IMG/VR virus record: IMGVR_UViG_3300044648_000206
Location: 1-64,000 of that record
Source: a virus
DNA: 64,000 nucleotides
Reading direction: 5' to 3' (one strand)
Both the position numbers and the translations under genes were made by a program. Position 1 is the first letter of the stretch, and each line of letters starts with the position of its first letter. Below the pieces are notes generated by a model. The model saw nothing but the letters and a program-made list of their open reading frames with translations, was not told the DNA's origin and ran no database searches. Shown here piece after piece: positions 55,740 to 64,000 of the stretch.

Positions 55740-55811
55740 TGCCCTCGGCCGGAGTCGAACCGACGCGCCCGGAGTTTCAGGCCGGAGCTCTACCACCTGA
55801 GCTACGAGGAC
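55740..55811 (-). tRNA. trnF: tRNA-Phe(GAA), CCA end not encoded
   Basis: GTCCTCG/CGAGGGC acceptor, GCTCAGGTGGTAGAGC D arm, loop CTGAAAC; C31:U39 mismatch. Confidence 0.88.
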
Positions 55812-55816
55812 CAAGG

Positions 55817-55915
55817 GCGAGGCCCCGGGCCGTGTCTCCGACACTCAGGGGTCACAGGGCGAATCGAGTGCCCAGCCCGAGCACCGTTAGGCCGGTCGGC
55901 CACCCGGGGCCTCGC
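55817..55915 (-). ncRNA. structured RNA element upstream of tRNA-Phe
   Basis: 13-bp closing stem, CCGAC/GTCGG helix with 3' AGACA bulge. Confidence 0.45.
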
Positions 55916-55924
55916 GGGGTCAGC

Positions 55925-56080
55925 CTACTGTCCCGCCAGCAGGATGGTTAGTGCGGCCTTCACACGCTCCGGGTCAGGGTCCGGGACGTGGTCACAATCG
56001 TGGCCATCGGGCAGAGTGCAGAGGCCGTAGACGCCAACCTCGTTGGTCTCGACGATGCCACCGCAGGGGATCTCGGTCAT
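55925..56080 (-). CDS. small hypothetical protein
   Basis: MTEIPCGG...CTLPDGHDCDH. Confidence 0.5.
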   Translation of the reverse strand: MTEIPCGGIVETNEVGVYGLCTLPDGHDCDHVPDPDPERVKAALTILLAGQ

Positions 56081-56090
56081 GCCCCTGAGG

Positions 56091-56456
56091 TTACAACCAG
56101 AGCTTCTTGTCCCCGTTGCGAGCGTCGGTCTGGCTGCCTCGAGCGGTGACCCGGCCGGGGCTGGTGTCCGAGTCCTGCGGGGCGTAGTGCGCCTGGGGGT
56201 GCCGCGGCCGCATGAACTCGATCATGGCGAAGTTGGCCACGTCCATCAGCCACTCGGTGTTGCCGTCCTCCTCGTAGCGGGCCAGGCGGACCTTGAGGCT
56301 GGCGATGGCGTCCAGGTCGTGCGGGTAGGCCGCCTTGAGCGGGCCGTACTTGTAGAACGAGACCCCCATCCGGTCGAGCATCCCCTTGAGGAAGGCGAGG
56401 TCGAACTCGCTGCGCGGAGCACCGGTCTGCAGCTCGACGTGCTGAGGCATGGTCAT
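56091..56456 (-). CDS. all-alpha NTP pyrophosphohydrolase-like protein
   Basis: KYG...NTEWLMDVANFAMIE. Confidence 0.5.
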   Translation of the reverse strand: MTMPQHVELQTGAPRSEFDLAFLKGMLDRMGVSFYKYGPLKAAYPHDLDAIASLKVRLARYEEDGNTEWLMDVANFAMIEFMRPRHPQAHYAPQDSDTSPGRVTARGSQTDARNGDKKLWL

Positions 56457-56459
56457 CTC

Positions 56460-57671
56460 CTACAGGAGTTCGAGGTTCTCGAAAGGGTAGCCATCCTGGC
56501 CCCGGGTGAGGGTGAAGACCACCAGGCCCGGGTCGGAGTCGTCCCCGCTGATCTGGCGGTACCAGTCCGAGCCGTTGTCCATGGTCGGGCACTGCAGCCA
56601 CCACTTGGACCGGTCGGTCCAGGGGTTGCGCCCCGAGGGCTGGACCCGCAGGTGGTGGTAGTGCCCGGTGATCAGGATGTCCGCGTGCGCGATGGGCTGG
56701 CCGCCGTGGACCTGCTTGGCCCACCACAGCGGGATGCCCTCGGGCCGAGGCGCCTGGTGACCATGGGCCAGCCCGATGATCCGGCCGGCCACCTCGAGCG
56801 AGAGCGTCTCCTCGAACGTCTCGGGCCACTGGACGTCCACGTGCCCGAAGCTGGCCCCGTCCATGGCCAGGGCGCGCCGCAGCTGCTTGAGCATGAAGAT
56901 GCCCCAGTCGTCCCCGGGCGTGCCCAGCTGGTCCTTGCCCTTGCGCCACCGGCAGTGGTTGGAGCCGATCCCCCGCACGCCTACCCGCAGGGTCCGCTTG
57001 GCCAGCAGGTTGACCATCTGGAACAGCACGGTGGAGGCCACGTCCACCTGGTCCATGATCGACAGGTCGTTGGTCGACATCTGGTTGCCGGTGTTCTCGA
57101 AGCCCTCGATGGCATCCCCGACGTCGAAGAGCATGGCCGCCTCGGGCTTGACCCGGCCCAGGTAGTCGTCCAGCCGCTCGAGGGACTGGCCCATCCGGGC
57201 GATGAGCTCAGGGGTGCCGCCTCGGCGGGCCACCTTGCCGGTCTGCGGGTCGGCGTAGCCCACGATGGTCACGCGCTCGGGCTGGGCTGAGTCGGGCTTG
57301 GGCAACCTCTTGACCCTCCGGGCCTCGGCGAAGAGCAGGGGCAGCTCGCGGATGTAGGCCGAGCGCCGGCGGACCTTGATCTTGTAGCGGTGCATCCGGA
57401 CGGTGACGTTGTCGCCCTCCTTGGTCCGGTGTGTGGCGTCCCAGCCGGTCGACTCCACCGGCTCGATGACCTCGACCTCCTCGGGGTCCAGGCCCGAGTC
57501 GCGCACGAAGACGTCCCAGGTGGTGGGTCGCTCGGTCAGCGCCGGGGTCTCGATCAGCCCCTGGTTGCCGTCCCAGGACCACTGGAGCCCGTCTGGGGCG
57601 GGCTTACGCGCGGGTTGGGCCTCACCACCACTCCGGTCCAGCGCGGCCCGGAGATCGTCTTCCAGGCTCAC
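56460..57671 (-). CDS. calcineurin-like metallophosphoesterase
   Basis: ADPQTGK, GDAIEG, SNH, HGHQ, GHYHH. Confidence 0.88.
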   Translation of the reverse strand: MSLEDDLRAALDRSGGEAQPARKPAPDGLQWSWDGNQGLIETPALTERPTTWDVFVRDSGLDPEEVEVIEPVESTGWDATHRTKEGDNVTVRMHRYKIKVRRRSAYIRELPLLFAEARRVKRLPKPDSAQPERVTIVGYADPQTGKVARRGGTPELIARMGQSLERLDDYLGRVKPEAAMLFDVGDAIEGFENTGNQMSTNDLSIMDQVDVASTVLFQMVNLLAKRTLRVGVRGIGSNHCRWRKGKDQLGTPGDDWGIFMLKQLRRALAMDGASFGHVDVQWPETFEETLSLEVAGRIIGLAHGHQAPRPEGIPLWWAKQVHGGQPIAHADILITGHYHHLRVQPSGRNPWTDRSKWWLQCPTMDNGSDWYRQISGDDSDPGLVVFTLTRGQDGYPFENLELL

Positions 57672-57904
57672 TCGTCGTCCATGCCTGGGGCCTGATGGGT
57701 GCGGTGGTCGTAGTACTGCTTCTCCCCGATGAAGTGGCCGTTCCTCTCCATCGCGGCCCGCACCTTCTTGATCGCCACCAGGCGGACTGCCTCGTCGAGG
57801 AGTGCTGCTTCCTCAGCCGGCAGGGTCTTGAGCAGGGCGCAGATCTTGCAGACCCGCACCTCAAAGGCCCCGTAGAGGCCACGTAGATCGTCGGCAAGAG
57901 CCAT
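57668..57904 (-). CDS. small Zn/HTH-like protein
   Basis: CKIC...DHRTH; GGGGAG RBS. Confidence 0.6.
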   Translation of the reverse strand: MALADDLRGLYGAFEVRVCKICALLKTLPAEEAALLDEAVRLVAIKKVRAAMERNGHFIGEKQYYDHRTHQAPGMDDE

Positions 57905-57993
57905 GCGCTCCCCTTGACTTAGCAAGGTCCAGCGATAGACCTTGCCTCTATCGCCAGTGGAGCCTGGGAGTCAAGTCGCCCCTGGTCAGAGGC

Positions 57994-60900
57994 TCAGCGG
58001 TAGCCCTTGCCGTTGCGGGTCTGCAGCCGCGGGTACTGCGACCGCTGCTCCGAGCTGGCCCGCTGCGGGTTGCCCGGGTTGAGCAGCCGAGGGGTCTGGC
58101 TACCGTCCGTGCGCAGCCCGTTGTCGTCGTCGCGCTGGATCATGCGCAGCGGGGGCTCCACCCCGGTGACCGGCGGGGGCTCGAGCGGCGGGCAGTCGTC
58201 GTTGACCAGGGTCGCGGTGCCGATCTCGACGTTGTCCAGGTAGGTGGTGTTGCCGTGCGCGCCCCAGAGCACCCGGTCGATCAGGCCGTCCGTACCACCG
58301 TTGCGGGTGTCGCCGACGTTGAGCTGGGAGTGCAGCACGTCGTCCCGGTAGACCCGGATGAAGCCACTGGTCCCGTCCCCGATCTTGACCTGGACCTTGT
58401 AGCGGTGGCTGCCGGCCTGCACCAGCCCGGTCGAGGTGAGGACGGTGGCGGCGCCGACCTGCCAGGTCACCGTGCCGGTCAGGTTGGCCAGGTTGCCGTA
58501 GATGTGGCGGGTGGTCGACCCGCCCTCGTAGAAGCTGACGAACTCCCCGCCACCGATGCCCGAGAGGTCGGCCGGCGGCTCGAAGTCGAACTCGACCTGG
58601 ATGGTGTCGCCCTCGGCCGCGCCCAGGTCCTGGTAGGCGTCCTGGGGCGAGGTGACGAACTGGAACCGGCCGCTGACGATGGCGAACGGGTCAGCGTGGG
58701 TCCAGGCCGCCGTGCTCGAGCAGTCGTCGGTGAAGATGATCGTGCCCAGGTCGTACTGCTGGCCGGTGTACATGAAGGCGTAGCAGGGCTTGCGCAGCAC
58801 GATCTCGAACTCGAGGTCCTGGCCCTCGATGTGCCGGGTGAACGACCAGGTCGGGGTGCCGCCCTGGTAGCCCATCGTCGCGTCGTCGAGCACGAAGTCG
58901 ACCCCGAAGCCCGCGTAGTACTCGTCGGCGTTGGTCCAGGTGTCGGTGTCGGCGGTGATCACGTACTGCCACTCCGGTGGCTCGCGCCAGGCCGTGGTGA
59001 TGGCCGTCCGGACCCCGCTGGTGAAGGTGACCTCACCGATCTTGAGCGTGCCGGCCATCGTCCGCATGTCGCCCGGGAGCCCGATCGGCCAGCCCCCCGG
59101 CGGGGTGTTGGTCCGGCAGACCAGCAGACCGCTGGCGTTGCGGTAGAGCCCCCACTCGGGCGCGGCCGGGCTGTTGTTGGGCAGCTCCCACCACTCACCG
59201 GTGATGACCGTGCCGAAGGTCCCCGAGGCCGGGTGCGCCGAGGAGCCCTGGGCGGCCGGACGGACCTTGAAGCTGACGATGTCGGCGCAGTTCTTGGAGT
59301 ACACCGCCTCGGACGCGCCAGAGGGCAGCGAGCCGGTGTAGGACCAGATCTCCGAGGCGTAGGCCAGCGCCAGCGGGTTGAAGACCGAGAAGCCCCAGTA
59401 GGTCGACCAGTTGCACAGCGCCCCGGCACCGAGCCCGGGCGGCAGGATGCTGGCGAAGCCGCCCGAGGACAGGTCAGCGCCGTTGGCTCCTGAACCGTCA
59501 CCCACCCCGCTGTACTGGTTCGAGCCGCCCATGTCCCAGATCTGGGAGCCGTTGAGCCGGTAGGCGCCGGGCAGCCAGGTGTTGGGCGGGTCCCAGCCGA
59601 TCTCGGTGTTGTTGCCGGTCTCGTCGATGCTCTGGTCGCCACAGTGGCAGCGCAGGCTGGCCAGCCAGTAGGCGTCCGGGTCGTCGTGCGGGGACGGGTA
59701 GCCGGCGAAGCCCCAGATCGAGGTGTAGCCGTGGTACTGCTTGGTCTGGTGGAACGGGTTGGACCCGGTCTGGCCCGGCACGTCCCCGTTGCCGTAGTTG
59801 GCGAGGCCCGGCAGGTCGGTGTTGTCGAAGACCACGTCGGCCGGCTGAACCCAGGGCCCGCGGTAGAGCATCGACCAGTTCAGCCGCATCAGCCCGTGCC
59901 GCAGGTTGTTGAACGAGCCGCCCGGCGGGGTGGCTGTGGGTGACTCGTCGCTCTCGGCACCACGAGTCTGGCAGCACAGCTGGATGAAGTAGGTCTCCCC
60001 CGGCGTGAGTGTGTCGAGGATGATCTTCGCGTTCGAGCCCTCGCTGCTGAACGGGTAGTAGCTGCCCGAGTCGTCGTTCTCGGCCACCTCGACCAGGGTC
60101 GCGTGCACCGGGGCCAGCGGGGTCGGGCTGGTGTAGATCCGCAGCCGGGTGTCCAGGCGCACGAACTGGCCGGTCTCGCCATCGGTGACGCTGGTGGTCA
60201 GGGTGCCGAAGCAGTCGAACTGGACCTTCTCCGGCCCACCCACCGTGGGGCAGGTCCACTTCCACCACAGCGAGCCGTTGGCATCCAGCCCCAGGCCGCC
60301 GTAGACCTTGTTGTAGACCACGCCGTCGCCAGCTGGCCCGTTCTTGACCTCGCCCACCTCGTAAGAGGAGAAGAAGTTCGAGGCACTGACCTGACCCGAG
60401 GGCGCCGAGCCGATGTCGGTGGCATTGGCCAGGTTGTCGTTGGCCGGCGCCACCTCGCTGTTCGGCCTGATCCGCAGGCTGAGCACGCTGATGCCGTTGC
60501 CGGTGCGCAGGTTGACCGTGCGCGCGGTCGAGGTGCCGTCCGGGAAGTGCCAGACCGCGTCGACGTAGAGGATGTTGTCCGCGTCGAAGGGCCCGCTGAT
60601 CCCCATCGTGCCGGTCATCACCGCGTTGCGGCTCTGCTGGAAGGACGTCGTCCCGTCGAAGATCGAGCCGATCTTGATGTAGGTGCCGGTGGAGATCGTG
60701 TACTTGTAGACCCGCAGGTAGACGTCGGCGTCGATCGCCCCGGAGAAGGTCTCGAAGTCGATGGTGCCGGTGGTGGCCGCGTCGTTGTAGGCCCGGAAGC
60801 CATCCAGCACGCTGGTGTCGTGCAGGAACCAACCCTTGCCGTCCGGCGGGGGCTCGGTAGCGCCGTGGAAGGTGCTGGCGCCGCCTCGGGTGTTCCAGGG

Positions 60901-61047
60901 CGTCGAGTAGCCGACCACGCCGCCGGGGTCCGGGATGGACAGCGAGACGGTGCCGCTGGTCTCTGAGCCGGGGACCTCGATCCGGGAGCCAGCCCCGTAG
61001 GTCGAGTCCTCCCGGGTGAAGCGCAGGTCGATGTTGGAGGCGGGCAA
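57994..61047 (-). CDS. minor tail / receptor-binding protein
   Basis: 1017 aa Gly/Thr/Ser-rich beta protein; PANDNLANA pre-peptidase-like module; lectin-like C-terminus. Confidence 0.7.
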   Translation of the reverse strand: MPASNIDLRFTREDSTYGAGSRIEVPGSETSGTVSLSIPDPGGVVGYSTPWNTRGGASTFHGATEPPPDGKGWFLHDTSVLDGFRAYNDAATTGTIDFETFSGAIDADVYLRVYKYTISTGTYIKIGSIFDGTTSFQQSRNAVMTGTMGISGPFDADNILYVDAVWHFPDGTSTARTVNLRTGNGISVLSLRIRPNSEVAPANDNLANATDIGSAPSGQVSASNFFSSYEVGEVKNGPAGDGVVYNKVYGGLGLDANGSLWWKWTCPTVGGPEKVQFDCFGTLTTSVTDGETGQFVRLDTRLRIYTSPTPLAPVHATLVEVAENDDSGSYYPFSSEGSNAKIILDTLTPGETYFIQLCCQTRGAESDESPTATPPGGSFNNLRHGLMRLNWSMLYRGPWVQPADVVFDNTDLPGLANYGNGDVPGQTGSNPFHQTKQYHGYTSIWGFAGYPSPHDDPDAYWLASLRCHCGDQSIDETGNNTEIGWDPPNTWLPGAYRLNGSQIWDMGGSNQYSGVGDGSGANGADLSSGGFASILPPGLGAGALCNWSTYWGFSVFNPLALAYASEIWSYTGSLPSGASEAVYSKNCADIVSFKVRPAAQGSSAHPASGTFGTVITGEWWELPNNSPAAPEWGLYRNASGLLVCRTNTPPGGWPIGLPGDMRTMAGTLKIGEVTFTSGVRTAITTAWREPPEWQYVITADTDTWTNADEYYAGFGVDFVLDDATMGYQGGTPTWSFTRHIEGQDLEFEIVLRKPCYAFMYTGQQYDLGTIIFTDDCSSTAAWTHADPFAIVSGRFQFVTSPQDAYQDLGAAEGDTIQVEFDFEPPADLSGIGGGEFVSFYEGGSTTRHIYGNLANLTGTVTWQVGAATVLTSTGLVQAGSHRYKVQVKIGDGTSGFIRVYRDDVLHSQLNVGDTRNGGTDGLIDRVLWGAHGNTTYLDNVEIGTATLVNDDCPPLEPPPVTGVEPPLRMIQRDDDNGLRTDGSQTPRLLNPGNPQRASSEQRSQYPRLQTRNGKGYR

Positions 61048-61050
61048 GGG

Positions 61051-63378
61051 TTAGCTCCCGGTCTGCGGCTGGTTGTAGACCCGGCCGAGGAAGTACACGT
61101 CGGAGGTGTGCTCGGCGTAGAAGGCGCACCACAGGGTGATCGCCTCGGCGGGCTGGGGCTCGCCTGCGTCAGCTGCGGGCTCGTCCCAGAGCGGGTTCTC
61201 CGGGGTCGAGTTGTCGTGACCCCAGCTGGTCTCGTCGATGAGCAGGCCAGTGGCGGGGAAGCCCGCTGAGCTCAGCCCAGGGCTGTGCCCGGCCTTCTGG
61301 TCGAAGTTGCCCCAGCCGATCACCAGGGAGGCGTCCGGAGCGTCGTTCGGGGTGGCCACGCCGGTCTCGTCGTAGGACTGGAAGGCGCCCTCGCGGAAGG
61401 GGCTGTAGTCCGTGCCCTCGTGCGGCATGAAGTCGGCCACCGGACTGGGCCGGGTGTAGTAGATCGACACGTGGAAGGGGATCTCCAGCACGTTGCCGTT
61501 GACGTCGTAGGCCGCCACCTCGATCCGCCGGCTGGTGAACTTCTGGGCCGTGAGCATGGGCACCAGGGACCAGCGGTTGCGCGAGGCCGAGGCGTTGGCG
61601 TCCACCCGCACGAACGGGCCACGGGAGAACCCGTCCTCCCGGATCGAGTAGCCCGAGGGCGGGTGGTTGCGGGTCCAGCTCTCCCAGGGAAAGCGGTTGG
61701 TGTAGGCCATCCCCGCGAAGTAGTTGTACCGGCTGTTGAAGCCCTCGCGGCGGTTCTTGCCGTGCCGGGCGTACCGAGGGATGTAGCCCGAGCCCGCGTA
61801 GTAGTCCCAGGGCGCCAGGATGTCCTCGATGGTGGCGCTCTTCTTGTTGACCTGGAGGAGCTTGCTCGGGGTCAGCGGGTCGATGTTGCGGGCCCGGGCC
61901 TCCTCCAGGGTGAGCAGGTCGCGGTACTTGGTGTCGATCTTGCACTCGACCGAGTTGGACTGCGGGCGGGACACCACCTCGGCGATGTGGAAGCGCACGC
62001 CCGTGGTGCCCGAGCCCTTGATCCCCTTGATCAGGACGGTCATCCCCGCCTTGATCTGCCACTTGGTCATGTTGGAGGGGTCGCAGCGCAGGCTCAGGGT
62101 GCCCATCAGGCCCGCGTCCTGCACCCGCTCCAGCCGCTTGGAGGCGCTGGTCTCGGCCTGCTCGAGGTCCACACCAGGCGGGTACTGCGTCTTGGACTCG
62201 TGGACCATGACGTTGGCGTCGTAGGAGGCATTGGGCACGCCATCGACCGGCGGCGGGAAGACCTCGGCCTTGGCGGCCAGGGGCTCGTACTCGGTGCGGT
62301 TCCACGCGCCCGTGACGTAGGCGTTGCGCCAGGTCACTCCGTCGACGCCGGTGCCCTCGCCGTAGAGCTCGTTCTCGATCTGGGTGTAGTCCTCGCTGAC
62401 CTGGATGCGCACCCCAGGCGTGCCGGCCCACAGCTCGAAGTCAGGAGTCCGGTTGCGGTCACGCACCTCGAGCACCGGCTGACGGTTGGGCTCCATGCGC
62501 AGCGCCCACTGGTTGCCCGGGGTCACGCCGCAGTCGTCCGTGGTGAACATGATCGCCAGGATGTCCTGGAAGTAGCCGGTGAGCGTGGCGTCCCAGTTGC
62601 CGGTGTTGCGGGTCGAGTAGCCCGTCTCCAGGCGGTTGGGGAAGCCCACCGGCGTGTAGAGGTTGGGCTCGCCCTCGCCTCGGGGAGGAGTGATCTTCGT
62701 CCAGCCCGTAGGGAACCGCTTGAGCAGGGGCAGCGTGCGCAGGGAGGGCTTGCCCATCCAGTGGCCCTGGTTGCCCGGGCCGTAGTCCGGGTGGGAGATC
62801 TCGAAGAGCAGGTTCTCCAGGCGGAAGGGGCGGCGCGGGTAGAACGGCTTCTGCTTGAAGTAGTCCAGCTGGAACAGCGCCCCCTGGCACTGGATCTGCA
62901 GGCCGCCGGCACTCTCGTCCCCGTTGAGGTCCCGGGAGGCCACGAAGCCCTCCCAGATCCTGGTGCCCGCCCCGTAGGTCAGGCTGACCGCGTCGGTGAC
63001 CGGGTTGCGGAAGTCGGTGCCCGCAGCTGCCTCGTACCACCAGATGTCGACGTTGGCCGGGTTGTCCTCGGTGCCCAGCCACCCGAAGGCGTCCAGGTCG
63101 TCGAAGATCGTGATCTGCGGGAAGTTGATGGTGGCCGCACCTGGGCCGAAGGGGTCCAGGAAGGAGTAGTTCTCCAGCATGGTCGGCACGCCGCGGAAGT
63201 AGGTGACGTCGGTCATCGAGCCACCCTGCGGGCCCATGGCGATGACGAAGAAGCCGGCTGCCGTGGTGTCCACACTGGTGGGCTGCCAGTTCTGGGGCTG
63301 CCCGTCGACCAGGGTCGGCGTGGGCATGTTCACCACGGTCTTGGTGATGGCCCGGATCTGGCTCGCGAGGACGCCCAT
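61051..63378 (-). CDS. minor tail (baseplate hub-like) protein
   Basis: DVTYFRGVPT...DPFG...IWEGFV...GALFQLD; IKAGMTV. Confidence 0.75.
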   Translation of the reverse strand: MGVLASQIRAITKTVVNMPTPTLVDGQPQNWQPTSVDTTAAGFFVIAMGPQGGSMTDVTYFRGVPTMLENYSFLDPFGPGAATINFPQITIFDDLDAFGWLGTEDNPANVDIWWYEAAAGTDFRNPVTDAVSLTYGAGTRIWEGFVASRDLNGDESAGGLQIQCQGALFQLDYFKQKPFYPRRPFRLENLLFEISHPDYGPGNQGHWMGKPSLRTLPLLKRFPTGWTKITPPRGEGEPNLYTPVGFPNRLETGYSTRNTGNWDATLTGYFQDILAIMFTTDDCGVTPGNQWALRMEPNRQPVLEVRDRNRTPDFELWAGTPGVRIQVSEDYTQIENELYGEGTGVDGVTWRNAYVTGAWNRTEYEPLAAKAEVFPPPVDGVPNASYDANVMVHESKTQYPPGVDLEQAETSASKRLERVQDAGLMGTLSLRCDPSNMTKWQIKAGMTVLIKGIKGSGTTGVRFHIAEVVSRPQSNSVECKIDTKYRDLLTLEEARARNIDPLTPSKLLQVNKKSATIEDILAPWDYYAGSGYIPRYARHGKNRREGFNSRYNYFAGMAYTNRFPWESWTRNHPPSGYSIREDGFSRGPFVRVDANASASRNRWSLVPMLTAQKFTSRRIEVAAYDVNGNVLEIPFHVSIYYTRPSPVADFMPHEGTDYSPFREGAFQSYDETGVATPNDAPDASLVIGWGNFDQKAGHSPGLSSAGFPATGLLIDETSWGHDNSTPENPLWDEPAADAGEPQPAEAITLWCAFYAEHTSDVYFLGRVYNQPQTGS

Positions 63379-63644
63379 CAGACCCAGACCTCCTCAGCGC
63401 GGGCCTTCTTGCAGACCCAGCAGATGCGGATGGGGAAGGCGTCCCCGTTGCGGAAGGGGCCGTCCGTGAGGAGCAGCCCACCGCAGCTGGCACAGCCCGG
63501 CCCCTTGCCGTTGATGATCACCAGGGGAGTGCAGCAGGAGGCGCCACACACGGCGGCCGCACTGGGCACGCGCGCCGGAGGGGCCTTGAGGCTGGCGAGG
63601 TACTCGTCTCGCTTCTCTTTGGACGTGAACTTGAGCCCAGCCAT
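63378..63644 (-). CDS. small Cys-rich protein
   Basis: CGASCC, CASC, CWVC. Confidence 0.55.
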   Translation of the reverse strand: MAGLKFTSKEKRDEYLASLKAPPARVPSAAAVCGASCCTPLVIINGKGPGCASCGGLLLTDGPFRNGDAFPIRICWVCKKARAEEVWV

Positions 63645-63805
63645 CAGGTCACCTCTCCAGTCCAGCTACCGCAACCACGCTCGATCGCGCACGCGCAGGT
63701 GTAGGTCCGCTCCACGGTCTCGGTGGGCGTGATCCAGTTGCGCACTACCGTCCGGACGCACTGGTGGCCGTAGAAGCCCTGGACGATGCAGCCCTCGCAG
63801 ATCAT
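63644..63805 (-). CDS. small Cys-rich protein
   Basis: MICEGC...HQC...CAC. Confidence 0.5.
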   Translation of the reverse strand: MICEGCIVQGFYGHQCVRTVVRNWITPTETVERTYTCACAIERGCGSWTGEVT

Positions 63806-64000
63806 GCGGCCCGCACCTCCACGTCCTGGTAGCTGGCCCAGCCGGTCAGCTCGTCCTGCATCATGATCAGGGCCTCGTCGTAGGGCTCCATGCCGACACT
63901 CAGGGCGCCATCGAACGTATGTGCGGCCAGGCAGGTGTTCTTCTTCCCGCAGCGGCACTCGTTGGGGCAGGAGAGCGCCTGGTGCCGGCCCTTCTGGTCG
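63802..64000 (-). CDS. hypothetical protein (5' end outside window)
   Basis: Open frame ...CPNECRC...YQDVEVRAA-stop overlapping next ATG. Confidence 0.5.
   Translation of the reverse strand, partial: DQKGRHQALSCPNECRCGKKNTCLAAHTFDGALSVGMEPYDEALIMMQDELTGWASYQDVEVRAA

Noticed and set aside
55848-55895. Resemblance to c-di-GMP-I riboswitch fragments (GGTCACAGGGC, CCGGCCTAA)
   Set aside because: The two fragments are on opposite strands and the tetraloop/receptor architecture is missing

Overview
A 64-kb internal segment of a high-GC tailed phage (siphovirus-type, probably with an actinobacterial host). No integrase or CRISPR array is visible. Layout: (1) leftward replication arm, 1-10983, with HNH nuclease, DnaE-type polymerase, tRNA-Gln, SSB, HTH protein, primase and DnaB; (2) a non-coding control/origin region, 10984-11790, with DnaA boxes, two promoter classes and many hairpins; (3) a rightward accessory operon, 11795-28933, with ParB-like, DivIVA-like, a GG-terminated ubiquitin-like protein plus two Cys-containing paralogues, RtcB and an M28-like peptidase; (4) a leftward virion/lysis operon, 29139-64000, in which the tape measure is the last gene and the minor tail genes lie upstream of the lysis genes and terminase. 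The most notable items are a repeated, covarying ~80-nt structured RNA motif (4191-4269 and 28979-29060), the candidate ubiquitin-like three-gene module (18769-19852), and head-region polyproteins punctuated by a repeated hydrophobic-x-K-[A/S/R] motif beside an apparently split XkdF-type protease. All calls are by eye from sequence and motif knowledge; no searches were run.
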